Positions 52,016 through 64,000 of a DNA stretch of 64,000 nt are shown here, piece by piece; within the stretch, counting starts at the first letter, position 1, and each line of letters starts with the position of its first letter. The notes below the pieces were generated by a model that made no database searches, had not been told where the DNA came from, and worked only from the letters and a program-made list of their open reading frames with translations. Location: contig CM082578.2 of assembly GCA_040954595.2 (NCBI GenBank), positions 1 to 64,000 of the forward strand. The letters run 5' to 3'. The position numbers were made by a program, and so were the translations under genes. The stretch comes from Balanoglossus misakiensis. Lineage: Eukaryota > Animalia > Hemichordata.

Positions 52016-55000
52016 TGGCTATTTTTTCTTGAATTCCGTCAATATCTCTGCATTTTTGGAGTGGTCGAAAGTTTTAACATACAATCAACATATCATATAT
52101 GATCAGGGCACCAAATTCGAAGAACGAAGGTTTTTTTATTTTATTTTTCTAAAAATGACATTTTCAAGGAAAATTTGGTAAAACGCAATTTTGTCTGCAG
52201 TGAGCCAAATTAGACGGTCTTTTGTGGAATTTGTATCGATATATATATACGAAGAGCATTCTATACTCCATCAGATTTCCGAAAATGTAGAAAACAGGTA
52301 TTTTTTGTAATTTTCAAAAATTTACCATTTTGACCAAATTGTGGTTAAAATTGTTATTTTCGTGTTGAATGCCGCCAGTGTCACTGCTTTTAAAAGTCAT
52401 AAAAACTTTTAACATGCAAGCAATTGCTTATATATGATCAGGTCACCGAATTAAAAAAATAAAGAATGTTTTGCCTAAAAATGACCTTTTTGGTGCAAAA
52501 ACGAATAAAACGCAATTTTGTATTAAATCAGCTCATTCAGAGTGCATTTTTTATAATCAGCACCATTTTTACATATATTGGAAATTTCATACATCATCAG
52601 ATATCCAAATATGAAAAGATGATTTACATTTTAGATGATTGTCCAAAATTAGCTGATATCTGATAAATGTAGTATTTAACCGTTCTGTTCCCCCCCCCCC
52701 TACATTATATGCGGTACGCTGATGTCAGCTTACCCGGCAGTACTGCAGGCCGTGCCCCCAACTAACGTCGGTGTTTGAAACGCCCTGGTTAAATTCGGGC
52801 TTTCTCTATAAATTGACAGGCAATAAAGCAGTCCTACCGGAACAAATGTCGAGTGTTGACCCGCTGTGACTTTCCCTGTTCGGTTTGCCCGACTTAGCCA
52901 ACGTCTTTGTACTAGAGTGTCGGGTCTTTTGCAGAGCCAGGCCGAAGGAAATCCGACTTGATCACCGTTGCTAACGAACGCTAGTGTCTGTCATGGTGTG
53001 CCGGGGTTTTAGTCGAGCCAGGCCGTAGGAGATCTGACTTGATCATCGTGGTCAATGTACGCGTGTTTCCGCTCTAAAGTGCCGGGGCTTCAGCTAAACC
53101 AGGCCGTAGGAAATCCGACGTAATCACCGTTGATAACTTACGCCAGTCTGTGTCATATAGAGCCGGTGCACCAGCCGAGTCACGCCGTAGGAAATCTGAC
53201 TTGATCAACGTGGTCAATGTACGCCTGTTTCTGCTCTAGAGTGCCGGGGCTTCAGCTGAGCCAGGCCGTAGGAAACCCGACGTGATTACCGTTGTTAACT
53301 TACGCCAGTCTGTGTCCTATATATAGTGCCGGGGCATCAGCCGTGCCAGGCCGAAGGAAATGTGAGTAGATCAACGTGGTCTCTGTACGCGTGTTTCTGC
53401 TCTAGAGTGTCAGGGCTTTAGCAAAGCCATGCCGTAGGAAATCTGACTTGATCAACGTTGCTAACGAACGCTAGTGTCTGTCATAGTGTGCCGGGGTTTT
53501 AGTCGAGCCAAGCCGTAGGAGATCAGACTTGATCAACGTGGTCTCTGTACGCGTGTTTCTGCTCTAGAGTGCCGGGGCTTTATCCAACCCATGCCGTTGA
53601 AAATCTGACTTGATCACCGTTGCTAACGTACGCTAGTGTCTGTCATATTGTGACGAGATTTAGCCGTGCCAGGCCGTAGAAAAATCGACTTGTTCAACGT
53701 TATCAGTGTGCAACTGTTTCTGCTCTAGAGTGTCAGGGTTTTAGCCGACTTATGCTGTAGGAAATCTGAGTTGATAAACGGGAATTCAATGTTAGAAAAC
53801 CCGTGTGGAAAGTATCTCTACCCGTTTGAAACTAAGAAAAGAATTTATTCTTATTTATTTTGTAAAAAAGACAATTTTTCGAAAACAAGTCGAAAATGGT
53901 AATTTTGTCTTGGGTGATTCAAATTATACCACATTTTCTGGAATTTGCAGCACTTTTTACAAGAGAACGACACTTCATGCTCCATAATATTTCCGAAAAT
54001 GAAGAAAAGAGTTTATTTTTTATGATTTTTTAAAAATGTACCATTTTGTCAAAATATGGCCAAAATGGCTATTTTTTCTTGAATTCCGTCAATATCTCTG
54101 CATTTTTGGAGTGGTCGAAAGTTTTAACATACAATCAACATATCATATATGATCAGGGCACCAAATTCGAAGAACGAAGGTTTTTTTATTTTATTTTTCT
54201 AAAAATGACATTTTCAAGGAAAATTTGGTAAAACGCAATTTTGTCTGCAGTGAGCCAAATTAGACGGTCTTTTGTGGAATTTGTATCGATATATATATAC
54301 GAAGAGCATTCTATACTCCATCAGATTTCCGAAAATGTAGAAAACAGGTATTTTTTGTAATTTTCAAAAATTTACCATTTTGACCAAATTGTGGTTAAAA
54401 TTGTTATTTTCGTGTTGAATGCCGCCAGTGTCACTGCTTTTAAAAGTCATAAAAACTTTTAACATGCAAGCAATTGCTTATATATGATCAGGTCACCGAA
54501 TTAAAAAAATAAAGAATGTTTTGCCTAAAAATGACCTTTTTGGTGCAAAAACGAATAAAACGCAATTTTGTATTAAATCAGCTCATTCAGAGTGCATTTT
54601 TTATAATCAGCACCATTTTTACATATATTGGAAATTTCATACATCATCAGATATCCAAATATGAAAAGATGATTTACATTTTAGATGATTGTCCAAAATT
54701 AGCTGATATCTGATAAATGTAGTATTTAACCGTTCTGTTCCCCCCCCCCCTACATTATATGCGGTACGCTGATGTCAGCTTACCCGGCAGTACTGCAGGC
54801 CGTGCCCCCAACTAACGTCGGTGTTTGAAACGCCCTGGTTAAATTCGGGCTTTCTCTATAAATTGACAGGCAATAATGCAGTCCTACCGGAACAAATGTC
54901 GAGTGTTGACCCGCTGTGACTTTCCCTGTTCGGTTTGCCCGACTTAGCCAACGTCTTTGTACTAGAGTGTCGGGTCTTTTGCAGAGCCAGGCCGAAGGAA

Positions 55001-58000
55001 ATCCGACTTGATCACCGTTGCTAACGAACGCTAGTGTCTGTCATGGTGTGCCGGGGTTTTAGTCGAGCCAGGCCGTAGGAGATCTGACTTGATCATCGTG
55101 GTCAATGTACGCGTGTTTCCGCTCTAAAGTGCCGGGGCTTCAGCTAAACCAGGCCGTAGGAAATCCGACGTAATCACCGTTGATAACTTACGCCAGTCTG
55201 TGTCATATAGAGCCGGTGCACCAGCCGAGTCACGCCGTAGGAAATCTGACTTGATCAACGTGGTCAATGTACGCCTGTTTCTGCTCTAGAGTGCCGGGGC
55301 TTCAGCTGAGCCAGGCCGTAGGAAACCCGACGTGATTACCGTTGTTAACTTACGCCAGTCTGTGTCCTATATATAGTGCCGGGGCATCAGCCGTGCCAGG
55401 CCGAAGGAAATGTGAGTAGATCAACGTGGTCTCTGTACGCGTGTTTCTGCTCTAGAGTGTCAGGGCTTTAGCAAAGCCATGCCGTAGGAAATCTGACTTG
55501 ATCAACGTTGCTAACGAACGCTAGTGTCTGTCATAGTGTGCCGGGGTTTTAGTCGAGCCAAGCCGTAGGAGATCAGACTTGATCAACGTGGTCTCTGTAC
55601 GCGTGTTTCTGCTCTAGAGTGCCGGGGCTTTATCCAACCCATGCCGTTGAAAATCTGACTTGATCACCGTTGCTAACGTACGATAGTGTCTGTCATATTG
55701 TGACGGAGATTTAGCCGAGCCAGGCCGTAGAAAAATCGACTTGTTCAACGTTACCAGTGTGCAACTGTTTCTGCTCTAAAGTCTCAGGGTTTTAGCCGAC
55801 TTATGCTGTAGGAAATCTGAGTTGATAAACGGGAATTCAATGTTAGAAAACCCGTGTGGAAAGTATCTCTACCCGTTTGAAACTAAGAAAAGAATTTATT
55901 CTTATTTATTTTGTAAAAAAGACAATTTTTCGAAAACAAGTCGAAAATGGTAATTTTGTCTTGGGTGATTCAAATTATACCACATTTTCTGGAATTTGCA
56001 GCACTTTTTACAAGAGAACGACACTTCATGCTCCATAATATTTCCGAAAATGAAGAAAAGAGTTTATTTTTTATGATTTTTTAAAAATGTACCATTTTGT
56101 CAAAATATGGCCAAAATGGCTATTTTTTCTTGAATTCCGTCAATATCTCTGCATTTTTGGAGTGGTCGAAAGTTTTAACATACAATCAACATATCATATA
56201 TGATCAGGGCACCAAATTCGAAGAACGAAGGTTTTTTTATTTTATTTTTCTAAAAATGACATTTTCAAGGAAAATTTGGTAAAACGCAATTTTGTCTGCA
56301 GTGAGCCAAATTAGACGGTCTTTTGTGGAATTTGTATCGATATATATATACGAAGAGCATTCTATACTCCATCAGATTTCCGAAAATGTAGAAAACAGGT
56401 ATTTTTTGTAATTTTCAAAAATTTACCATTTTGACCAAATTGTGGTTAAAATTGTTATTTTCGTGTTGAATGCCGCCAGTGTCACTGCTTTTAAAAGTCA
56501 TAAAAACTTTTAACATGCAAGCAATTGCTTATATATGATCAGGTCACCGAATTAAAAAAATAAAGAATGTTTTGCCTAAAAATGACCTTTTTGGTGCAAA
56601 AACGAATAAAACGCAATTTTGTATTAAATCAGCTCATTCAGAGTGCATTTTTTATAATCAGCACCATTTTTACATATATTGGAAATTTCATACTTCATCA
56701 GATATCCAAATATGAAAAGATGATTTACATTTTAGATGATTGTCCAAAATTAGCTGATATCTGATAAATGTAGTATTTAACCGTTCTGTTCCCCCCCCCC
56801 CCCCTACATTATATGCGGTACGCTGATGTCAGCTTACCCGGCAGTACTGCAGGCCGTGCCCCCAACTAACGTCGGTGTTTGAAACGCCCTGGTTAAATTC
56901 GGGCTTTCTCTATAAATTGACAGGCAATAATACAGTCCTACCCGAACAAATGTCGAGTGTTGACCCGCTGTGACTTTCCCTGTTCGGTTTGCCCGACTTA
57001 GCCAACGTCTTTGTACTAGAGTGTCGGGTCTTTTGCAGAGCCAGGCCGAAGGAAATCCGACTTGATCACCGTTGCTAACGAACGCTAGTGTCTGTCATGG
57101 TGTGCCGGGGTTTTAGTCGAGCCAGGCCGTAGGAGATCTGACTTGATCATCGTGGTCAATGTACGCGTGTTTCCGCTCTAAAGTGCCGGGGCTTCAGCTA
57201 AACCAGGCCGTAGGAAATCCGACGTAATCACCGTTGATAACTTACGCCAGTCTGTGTCATATAGAGCCGGTGCACCAGCCGAGTCACGCCGTAGGAAATC
57301 TGACTTGATCAACGTGGTCAATGTACGCCTGTTTCTGCTCTAGAGTGCCGGGGCTTCAGCTGAGCCAGGCCGTAGGAAACCCGACGTGATTACCGTTGTT
57401 AACTTACGCCAGTCTGTGTCCTATATATAGTGCCGGGGCATCAGCCGTGCCAGGCCGAAGGAAATGTGAGTAGATCAACGTGGTCTCTGTACGCGTGTTT
57501 CTGCTCTAGAGTGTCAGGGCTTTAGCAAAGCCATGCCGTAGGAAATCTGACTTGATCAACGTTGCTAACGAACGCTAGTGTCTGTCATAGTGTGCCGGGG
57601 TTTTAGTCGAGCCAAGCCGTAGGAGATCAGACTTGATCAACGTGGTCTCTGTACGCGTGTTTCTGCTCTAGAGTGCCGGGGCTTTATCCAACCCATGCCG
57701 TTGAAAATCTGACTTGATCACCGTTGCTAACGTACGATAGTGTCTGTCATATTGTGACGGAGATTTAGCCGAGCCAGGCCGTAGAAAAATCGACTTGTTC
57801 AACGTTACCAGTGTGCAACTGTTTCTGCTCTAAAGTCTCAGGGTTTTAGCCGACTTATGCTGTAGGAAATCTGAGTTGATGAACGGGAATTCAATGTTAG
57901 AAAACCCGTGTGGAAAGTATCTCTACCCGTTTGAAACTAAGAAAAGAATTAATTCTTATTTATTTTGTAAAAAAGACAATTTTTCGAAAAAAAGTCGAAA

Positions 58001-61000
58001 ATGGTAATTTTGTCTTGGGTGATTCAAATTATACCGCCTTTTCTGGAATTTGCAGCACTTTTTACAAGAGAACGACACTTCATGCTCCATAATATTTCCG
58101 AAAATGAAGAAAAGAGTTAATTTTTTATGATTTTTTAAAAATTTACCATTTTTGTCAAAATATGGCCAAAATGGCTATTTTTTCTTGAATTCCGTCAATA
58201 TCTCTGCATTTTTGGAGTGGTCGAAAGTTTTAACATACAATCAACATGTCATATATGATCAGGGCACCAAATTCGAAGATAAAGGGTTTTTTTATTTTTT
58301 TTTTCTAAAAATGACATTTTCAAGGAAAATTTTGTAAAACGCAATTTTGTCTGCAGTGAGCCAAATTAGACGGTCTTTTGTGGAATTTGTATCGATATAT
58401 ACGTACGAAGAGCATTCTATACTCCATCAGATTTCCGAAAATGTAGAAAACAGGTATTTTTTGTAATTTTCAAAAAATTACCATTTTGACCAAATTGTGG
58501 CTAAAATTGTTATTTTCGTGTTGAATGCCGCCAGTGTCACTGCTTTTAAAAGTCATAAAAACTTTTAACATACAAGCAATTGTTTATATATGATCAGGTC
58601 ACCGAATTAAAAAAATAAAGAATGTTTTGCCTAAAAATGACCTTTTTGGTGCAAAAACGAATAAAACGCAATTTTGCATTAAATCAGCTCATTCAGAGTG
58701 CATTTTTATAATCAGCACCATTTTTACATATAATGGAAATGTCATACATCATCAGATATCCAAATATGAAAAGATGATTAACATTTTAGATGATTGTCCA
58801 AAATTAGCTGATATCTGATAAATGTAGTATTTAACCGTTCTGTCCCCCCCCCTACATTATATGCGGTACGCTGATGTCAGCTTACCCGGCAGTACTGCAG
58901 GCCGTGCCCCCAACTAACGTCGGTGTTTGAAACGCCCTGGTTAAATTCGGGCTTTCTTTATAAATTGACAGGCAATAATGCAGTCCTACCGGAACAAATG
59001 TCGAGTGTTGACCCGCTGTGACTTTCCCTGTTCGGTTTGCCCGACTTAGCCAACGTCTTTGTACTAGAGTGTCGGGTCTTTTACAGAGCCAGGCCGAAGG
59101 AAATCCGACTTGATCACCGTTGCTAACGAACGCTAATGTCTGTCATGGTGTGCCGGGGTTTTAGTCGAGCCAGGCCGTAGGAGATCTGACTTGATCATCG
59201 TGGTCAATGTACGCGTGTTTCCGCTCTAAAGTGCCGGGGCTTCAGCTAAACCAGGCCGTAGGAAATCCGACGTAATCACCGTTGATAACTTACGCCAGTC
59301 TGTGTCATATAGAGCCGGTGCACCAGCCGAGTCACGCCGTAGGAAATCTGACTTGATCAACGTGGTCAATGTACGCCTGTTTCTGCTCTAGAGTGCCGGG
59401 GCTTCAGCTGAGCCAGGCCGTAGGAAACCCGACGTGATTACCGTTGTTAACTTACGCCAGTCTGTGTCCTATATATAGTGCCGGGGCATCAGCCGTGCCA
59501 GGCCGAAGGAAATGTGAGTAGATCAACGTGGTCTCTGTACGCGTGTTTCTGCTCTAGAGTGTCAGGGCTTTAGCAAAGCCATGCCGTAGGAAATCTGACT
59601 TGATCAACGTTGCTAACGAACGCTAGTGTCTGTCATAGTGTGCCGGGGTTTTAGTCGAGCCAAGCCGTAGGAGATCAGACTTGATCAACGTGGTCTCTGT
59701 ACGCGTGTTTCTGCTCTAGAGTGCCGGGGCTTTATCCAACCCATGCCGTTGAAAATCTGACTTGATCACCGTTGCTAACGTACGATAGTGTCTGTCATAT
59801 TGTGACGGAGATTTAGCCGAGCCAGGCCGTAGAAAAATCGACTTGTTCAACGTTACCAGTGTGCAACTGTTTCTGCTCTAAAGTCTCAGGGTTTTAGCCG
59901 ACTTATGCTGTAGGCAATCTGAGTTGATGAACGGGAATTCAATGTTAGAAAACCCGTGTGGAAAGTATCTCTACCCGTTTGAAAATAAGAAAAGAATTAA
60001 TTCTTTATTATTTTGTAAAAAAGACAATTTTTCGAAAAAAAGTCGAAAATGGTAATTTTGTCTTGGGTGATTCAAATTATACCGCCTTTTCTGGAATTTG
60101 CAGCACTTTTTACAAGAGAACGACACTTCATGCTCCATAATATTTCCGAAAATGAAGAAAAGAGTTAATTTTTTATGATTTTTTAAAAATTTACCATTTT
60201 TGTCAAAATATGGCCAAAATGGCTATTTTTTCTTGAATTCCGTCAATATCTCTGCATTTTTGGAAAGTTTTAACATACAATCAACATGTCATATATGATC
60301 AGGGCACCAAATTGGAAGATAAAAGGTTTTTTTATTTTTTTTTTCTAAAAATGACATTTTCAAGGAAAATTTTGTAAAACGCAATTTTGTCTGCAGTGAG
60401 CCAAATTAGACGGTCTTTTGTGGAATTTGTATCGATATATACATACGAAGAGCATTCTATACTCCATCAGATTTCCGAAAATGTAGAAAACAGGTATTTT
60501 TTGTAATTTTCAAAAATTTACCATTTTGACCAAATTGTGGCTAAAATTGTTATTTTCGTGTTGAATGCCGCCAGTGTCACTGCTTTTAAAAGTCATAAAA
60601 ACTTTTAACATACAAGCAATTGTTTATATATGATCAGGTCACCGAATTAAAAAAATAAAGAATGTTTTGCCTAAAAATGACCTTTTTGGTGAAAAATCGA
60701 ATAAAACGCAATTTTGCATTAAATCAGCTCATTCAGAGTGCATTTTTATAATCAGCACCATTTTTACATATAATGGAAATGTCATACATCATCAGATAAC
60801 CAAATATGAAAAGATGATTTACATTTTAGATGATTGTCCAAAATTAGCTGATATCTGATAAATGTAGTATTTAACCGTTCTGTTCCCCCCCCCCCCTACA
60901 TTATATGCGGTACGCTGATGTCAGCTTACCCGGCAGTACTGCAGGCCGTGCCCCCAACTAACGTCGGTGTTTGAAACGCCCTGGTTAAATTTGGGCTTTC

Positions 61001-61066
61001 TCTATAAATTGACAGGCAATAATGCAGTCCTACCGGAACAAATGTCGAGTGTTGACCCGCTGTGAC
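52016..61066 (+). repeat. satellite orientation block 4 (forward)
   Basis: Five poly-C tracts at about 52690, 54740, 56791, 58844 and 60886. Interrupted by the LINE poly-T at 61067. Confidence 0.96.
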
Positions 61067-61095
61067 TTTTTTTTTTTTTTTTTTTTTTAATACTT

Positions 61096-61101
61096 TTTAT
61101 T
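61096..61101 (-). promoter_or_regulatory. AATAAA polyadenylation signal of the LINE
   Basis: tttatt on the + strand, 7 nt from the poly(A) tail on the element strand. Confidence 0.7.
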
Positions 61102-61231
61102 GGGAACACAAACAGTCATTTTGATACATAAGTAGATTTAAAAAAAAAAAAAAAAAAAAATTGACAATTATTTTTTGGAAGCATAACTTAATGGAAAGAA
61201 GAGAAAAAAAAAACAAAACAATCTGGTATTC

Positions 61232-64000
61232 TCAGTTTGTTATATACCTCATAAGTGATGACCATTTTTTAAGATGAAAATACATTTTATGATTTGCAGT
61301 TGCAATCTTAAGTTCAATTTCATGTATGTTTTTGAGCTGAACAATAAACCCAGTGATATTCGGAATTCGATTATTTAATTTACAGTAGTAAATGTACATT
61401 CTAACTTGCATTGCTATAAAATTGACTATAAAAGTCTCGTTTGGGTCACCCAAAACCATACATAACACTGATGGTGGTTTTTTCAATTTAAGAGGGATAC
61501 CCAACGTAAACAGTAGGTCCCTCCAGAGAGCAGTAGTACAATTGCAACTATGAAATAAATGGTCGATGGACTCTGTTTCCACTTTACATAAATCACAAAG
61601 AGCAGTTGGAAATTTCTGTGGATTGTACCTGTTTAGCTGTTTGTTTGTATACAAAATATTGTGAAGTAATTTAAATTGAAAAGCTCTAGCCTTACAATGT
61701 ATTGATAACTTGTAAGTGAAGTCATACATTTTTTCCCAGTTTAGATTAAATATATTCAACATTTTTTCCAGTGTTGCTTGACTTTTTGGAGTCTCTATAA
61801 TACGGTCGTTCAAATTACATTTCAAACTCTTTTTCGTTAAAGTGTCTAAATTACAGATTGTGCCATTCAATGAAATACAAAGCTTATGTACACTATGTGC
61901 TTTGGTACAATTTTTTAACTTGTTTGGAACAGAAAGTGTCAATCCTAACCACTTCAATTTCTGATTTAAATTCAGGCCTTTCTGCTCAAATACAGACCAT
62001 GATACTCTATTAAAACCTGTAAACATGTCAGGGATGAAATTAAAGCCAGCGTCAGAAAAAGCCTTATAAAATACCGACTTTCCTCCAACGAGGACGTTTC
62101 TGTTGTTCCAAATCACCTGGTCTGTAGTATTTGGAATTATGTTGATTTCTGACCATGTGACAAGACAATTATTTATAAAACTGGAAACTTGGACAGGCAA
62201 AAGATTGGTGCGGAAGTTACATTTAAAAAGTAATTTTCCACCGACTTTCTCTAAACTGTGTAAGACAATGTGTTTCCAAGGGTGTTTACATTCCTCATTC
62301 AACAGGCGTTTAATCAGTAATACTTGCTTTGTTTTTATCATCACATCTAAATTGGGCATTTTTAAGCCTCCTTGGCCCACCTCCCCTATCATTACATTCC
62401 TGCGAACCCGGTCTTGTCCATTCCAGAGAAAATTATAAATTAACTTATGAACCCGACCTATTACTTCATTAGGAAAAATTACATGTGTAAGCACATATGT
62501 TAATTTGGAAATTGCCAATGACTTAATAACTTGAACTTTCCCAATGATGGTCAAATTCCTAGTTTTCCACATATTGAGGACCTTTTTTAGATTTTCGACT
62601 GGGGTAACAATATTTTTTTCCTGGGCAATTTTTTCATTATAAGAAAAATGAATCCCCACAATCTTGATAGTAGGGGTGGGCCACTTTACCCCGAACGCCT
62701 CATCTTTTCGAAGTCTCCATTTCCCAAGCCAAACAGCTTCTGTCTTATCTTTGTTGACTTTCAAACCAGAAGCATTATAAAAGGAAGTTAACATTTCAAA
62801 AACAATTCTTACAGAGTTTTCATTTGATAAAAAACAGGTCATATCGTCGGCGAACGCCGACTCCTTAATTTCAACACTGCCAATATTGATACCACTAATT
62901 TGCCGGTTATTTCTTATTGAATGCAAGAGTGTTTCTAAAACCAGAATAAATAACATAGGTGACAAAGGGTCGCCTTGGCGCACTCCCTTCTCAAGCTTAA
63001 AATAGCCAGTCCCAAACCCATTGTTCATTACAGTGCTTTCAATGTTAAAATATAAGGCTTTAACCCAGTTGATGAAGGACACTCCAAAATTAAAGGATGA
63101 CAATGTATTGTAGAGATAATCCCAACTTACAGTGTCAAAAGCTTTTTCGAAATCTATGGCTAATAAAATTGCTGGAATATCAGCATTACAGGTGTGATGA
63201 AAAATCTCATCTATCAAACGGATATAATCACCAATGTTTCTCCCCCGGACAAAGGCCGCTTGGGAGTCACCAATTAAGCAGGGCAAAACTTTCTCAATAC
63301 GTTTAACAAGGCATTTTGAAGCAAGCTTCATGTCAACATTCATAAGGGAGATTGGTCTCCAATTTTTCAGATAGAGTTGATCCTTCCCAGGTTTATCAAT
63401 CAGAGTTATGACACTCTGTTTCTGTGAATTTGAAAATTCCCCCGTTCTGTAACCATAATTGAGAGAATTCAAAACTAAATTCCCCACCTGTGGCCAAAAC
63501 GCCACGTAAAATTCTTTTGTAAGGCCATCATTGCCGGGGCTTTTGTTGTCTGGAAGGGAGAGAAGAACAGAGAAAACTTCCCCAGGGGTCAAAGGACCCT
63601 CACACAAAACTTTATCATTCTCTGACAACGTTGGTAAATTTGCATCCAGGAAATAATGCACATCGTTGGAGTTTGTGGCGCACCTTGAGTAAAGCTTGGC
63701 ATAAAACTGCTTAATTTCACACAAAATATTCTTTGGGTTGTCTATAATTGTATACTCATCTTTCTTCAAATTGCTGATACTCGAGTTGCGTTTATTTACC
63801 TTTTCCAAACCTAAAAAGAACTTGTTACATTTTTCACCTTTCTCGTACCAATTAATCCTGGATCTTACGACCGCTCCTTCTGTAATATAATCATAAACTT
63901 TCTCCAAATCACTCTTTGCTGACTCGAGCATCTCGTTATTTTGCACTGTAGGATGATTAGAACAAAGACCCTCAAGAAAATTCACCGACAGTTCAAGATT
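61232..64000 (-). CDS. ORF2 polyprotein, 5'-partial: reverse transcriptase plus C-terminal CCHC zinc-binding motif; the endonuclease domain would lie outside the window
   Basis: Motifs VRSRINWYEKGEK, KSPGNDGLTKEFY, NWRPISLMNVDMK, IDFEKAFD, GVRQGDPLSPMLF, FADD and CDLC...HLFHSC. The frame stays open to the window edge (NLELSV), so the predicted start at 63985 is not the true start. Confidence 0.96.
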   Translation of the reverse strand, partial: NLELSVNFLEGLCSNHPTVQNNEMLESAKSDLEKVYDYITEGAVVRSRINWYEKGEKCNKFFLGLEKVNKRNSSISNLKKDEYTIIDNPKNILCEIKQFYAKLYSRCATNSNDVHYFLDANLPTLSENDKVLCEGPLTPGEVFSVLLSLPDNKSPGNDGLTKEFYVAFWPQVGNLVLNSLNYGYRTGEFSNSQKQSVITLIDKPGKDQLYLKNWRPISLMNVDMKLASKCLVKRIEKVLPCLIGDSQAAFVRGRNIGDYIRLIDEIFHHTCNADIPAILLAIDFEKAFDTVSWDYLYNTLSSFNFGVSFINWVKALYFNIESTVMNNGFGTGYFKLEKGVRQGDPLSPMLFILVLETLLHSIRNNRQISGINIGSVEIKESAFADDMTCFLSNENSVRIVFEMLTSFYNASGLKVNKDKTEAVWLGKWRLRKDEAFGVKWPTPTIKIVGIHFSYNEKIAQEKNIVTPVENLKKVLNMWKTRNLTIIGKVQVIKSLAISKLTYVLTHVIFPNEVIGRVHKLIYNFLWNGQDRVRRNVMIGEVGQGGLKMPNLDVMIKTKQVLLIKRLLNEECKHPWKHIVLHSLEKVGGKLLFKCNFRTNLLPVQVSSFINNCLVTWSEINIIPNTTDQVIWNNRNVLVGGKSVFYKAFSDAGFNFIPDMFTGFNRVSWSVFEQKGLNLNQKLKWLGLTLSVPNKLKNCTKAHSVHKLCISLNGTICNLDTLTKKSLKCNLNDRIIETPKSQATLEKMLNIFNLNWEKMYDFTYKLSIHCKARAFQFKLLHNILYTNKQLNRYNPQKFPTALCDLCKVETESIDHLFHSCNCTTALWRDLLFTLGIPLKLKKPPSVLCMVLGDPNETFIVNFIAMQVRMYIYYCKLNNRIPNITGFIVQLKNIHEIELKIATANHKMYFHLKKWSSLMRYITN

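Larger units (their letters stand above)
1..61066. repeat. ~2.05-kb composite macrosatellite tandem array, about 30 monomers in four orientation blocks
   Basis: The same landmark recurs at 3488, 5536, 7590, 9638 and 11699 (spacings 2048, 2054, 2048, 2061). I counted 28 poly-C/G tracts in the context gttctgt-Cn-tacatt. Copies are near-identical by eye. Confidence 0.98.
61067..64000 (-). mobile_element. L1/Tx1-clade non-LTR retrotransposon, 3' part; continues beyond the window
   Basis: Poly(A) tail seen as T22 at 61067-61088, AATAAA at 61101-61096, a U-rich 3' UTR at 61089-61231 and an RT-bearing ORF2. Confidence 0.95.

Noticed and set aside
500-60858. Dozens of recurring 60-112 aa ORFs (MMNGNS..., MSKYGQ..., MESIST..., MNRSVPP...)
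   Set aside because: They are translations of satellite DNA. They open and close with homopolymer length, often start at TTG/GTG, and have no recognisable domains.
1-61066. rDNA spacer, 5S or histone gene repeat
   Set aside because: No recognisable rRNA, snRNA or histone coding sequence is present in the monomer.
61140-61160. A-run as the tail of a second retroelement
   Set aside because: It is a U-tract within the 3' UTR of the minus-strand LINE, with no TSD or separate element body.
62103-63306. Plus-strand ORFs 62103-62438 and 63097-63306
   Set aside because: They are antisense shadows of the LINE ORF2.

Overview
This is eukaryotic, probably invertebrate, repetitive DNA with no host genes. 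Bases 1-61066 are one macrosatellite array of about 30 monomers of ~2.05 kb (28 poly-C/G marker tracts counted). Each monomer joins a GC/CpG-rich domain of 81-bp subrepeats (alternating A/B, 162-bp dimer) to an AT-rich domain of ~167-bp subrepeats (~335-bp dimer). A variable poly-C tract inside an imperfect inverted repeat marks one domain boundary. The array switches orientation three times (~2652, ~30574, ~52016). It also contains deleted and expanded monomers, a 4.1-kb two-monomer higher-order repeat and an ~8.5-kb block duplication. Three co-amplified copies of a 190-bp 5'-truncated L2/CR1-type LINE tail (6-bp TSD) sit at the same monomer position. At 61067 an L1/Tx1-clade non-LTR retrotransposon with an uninterrupted ORF2 and a poly(A) tail is inserted on the minus strand and runs off the window. 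All short ORFs are artefacts of the repeats. A centromeric or heterochromatic location is plausible but cannot be shown from sequence. All alignments were done by eye.
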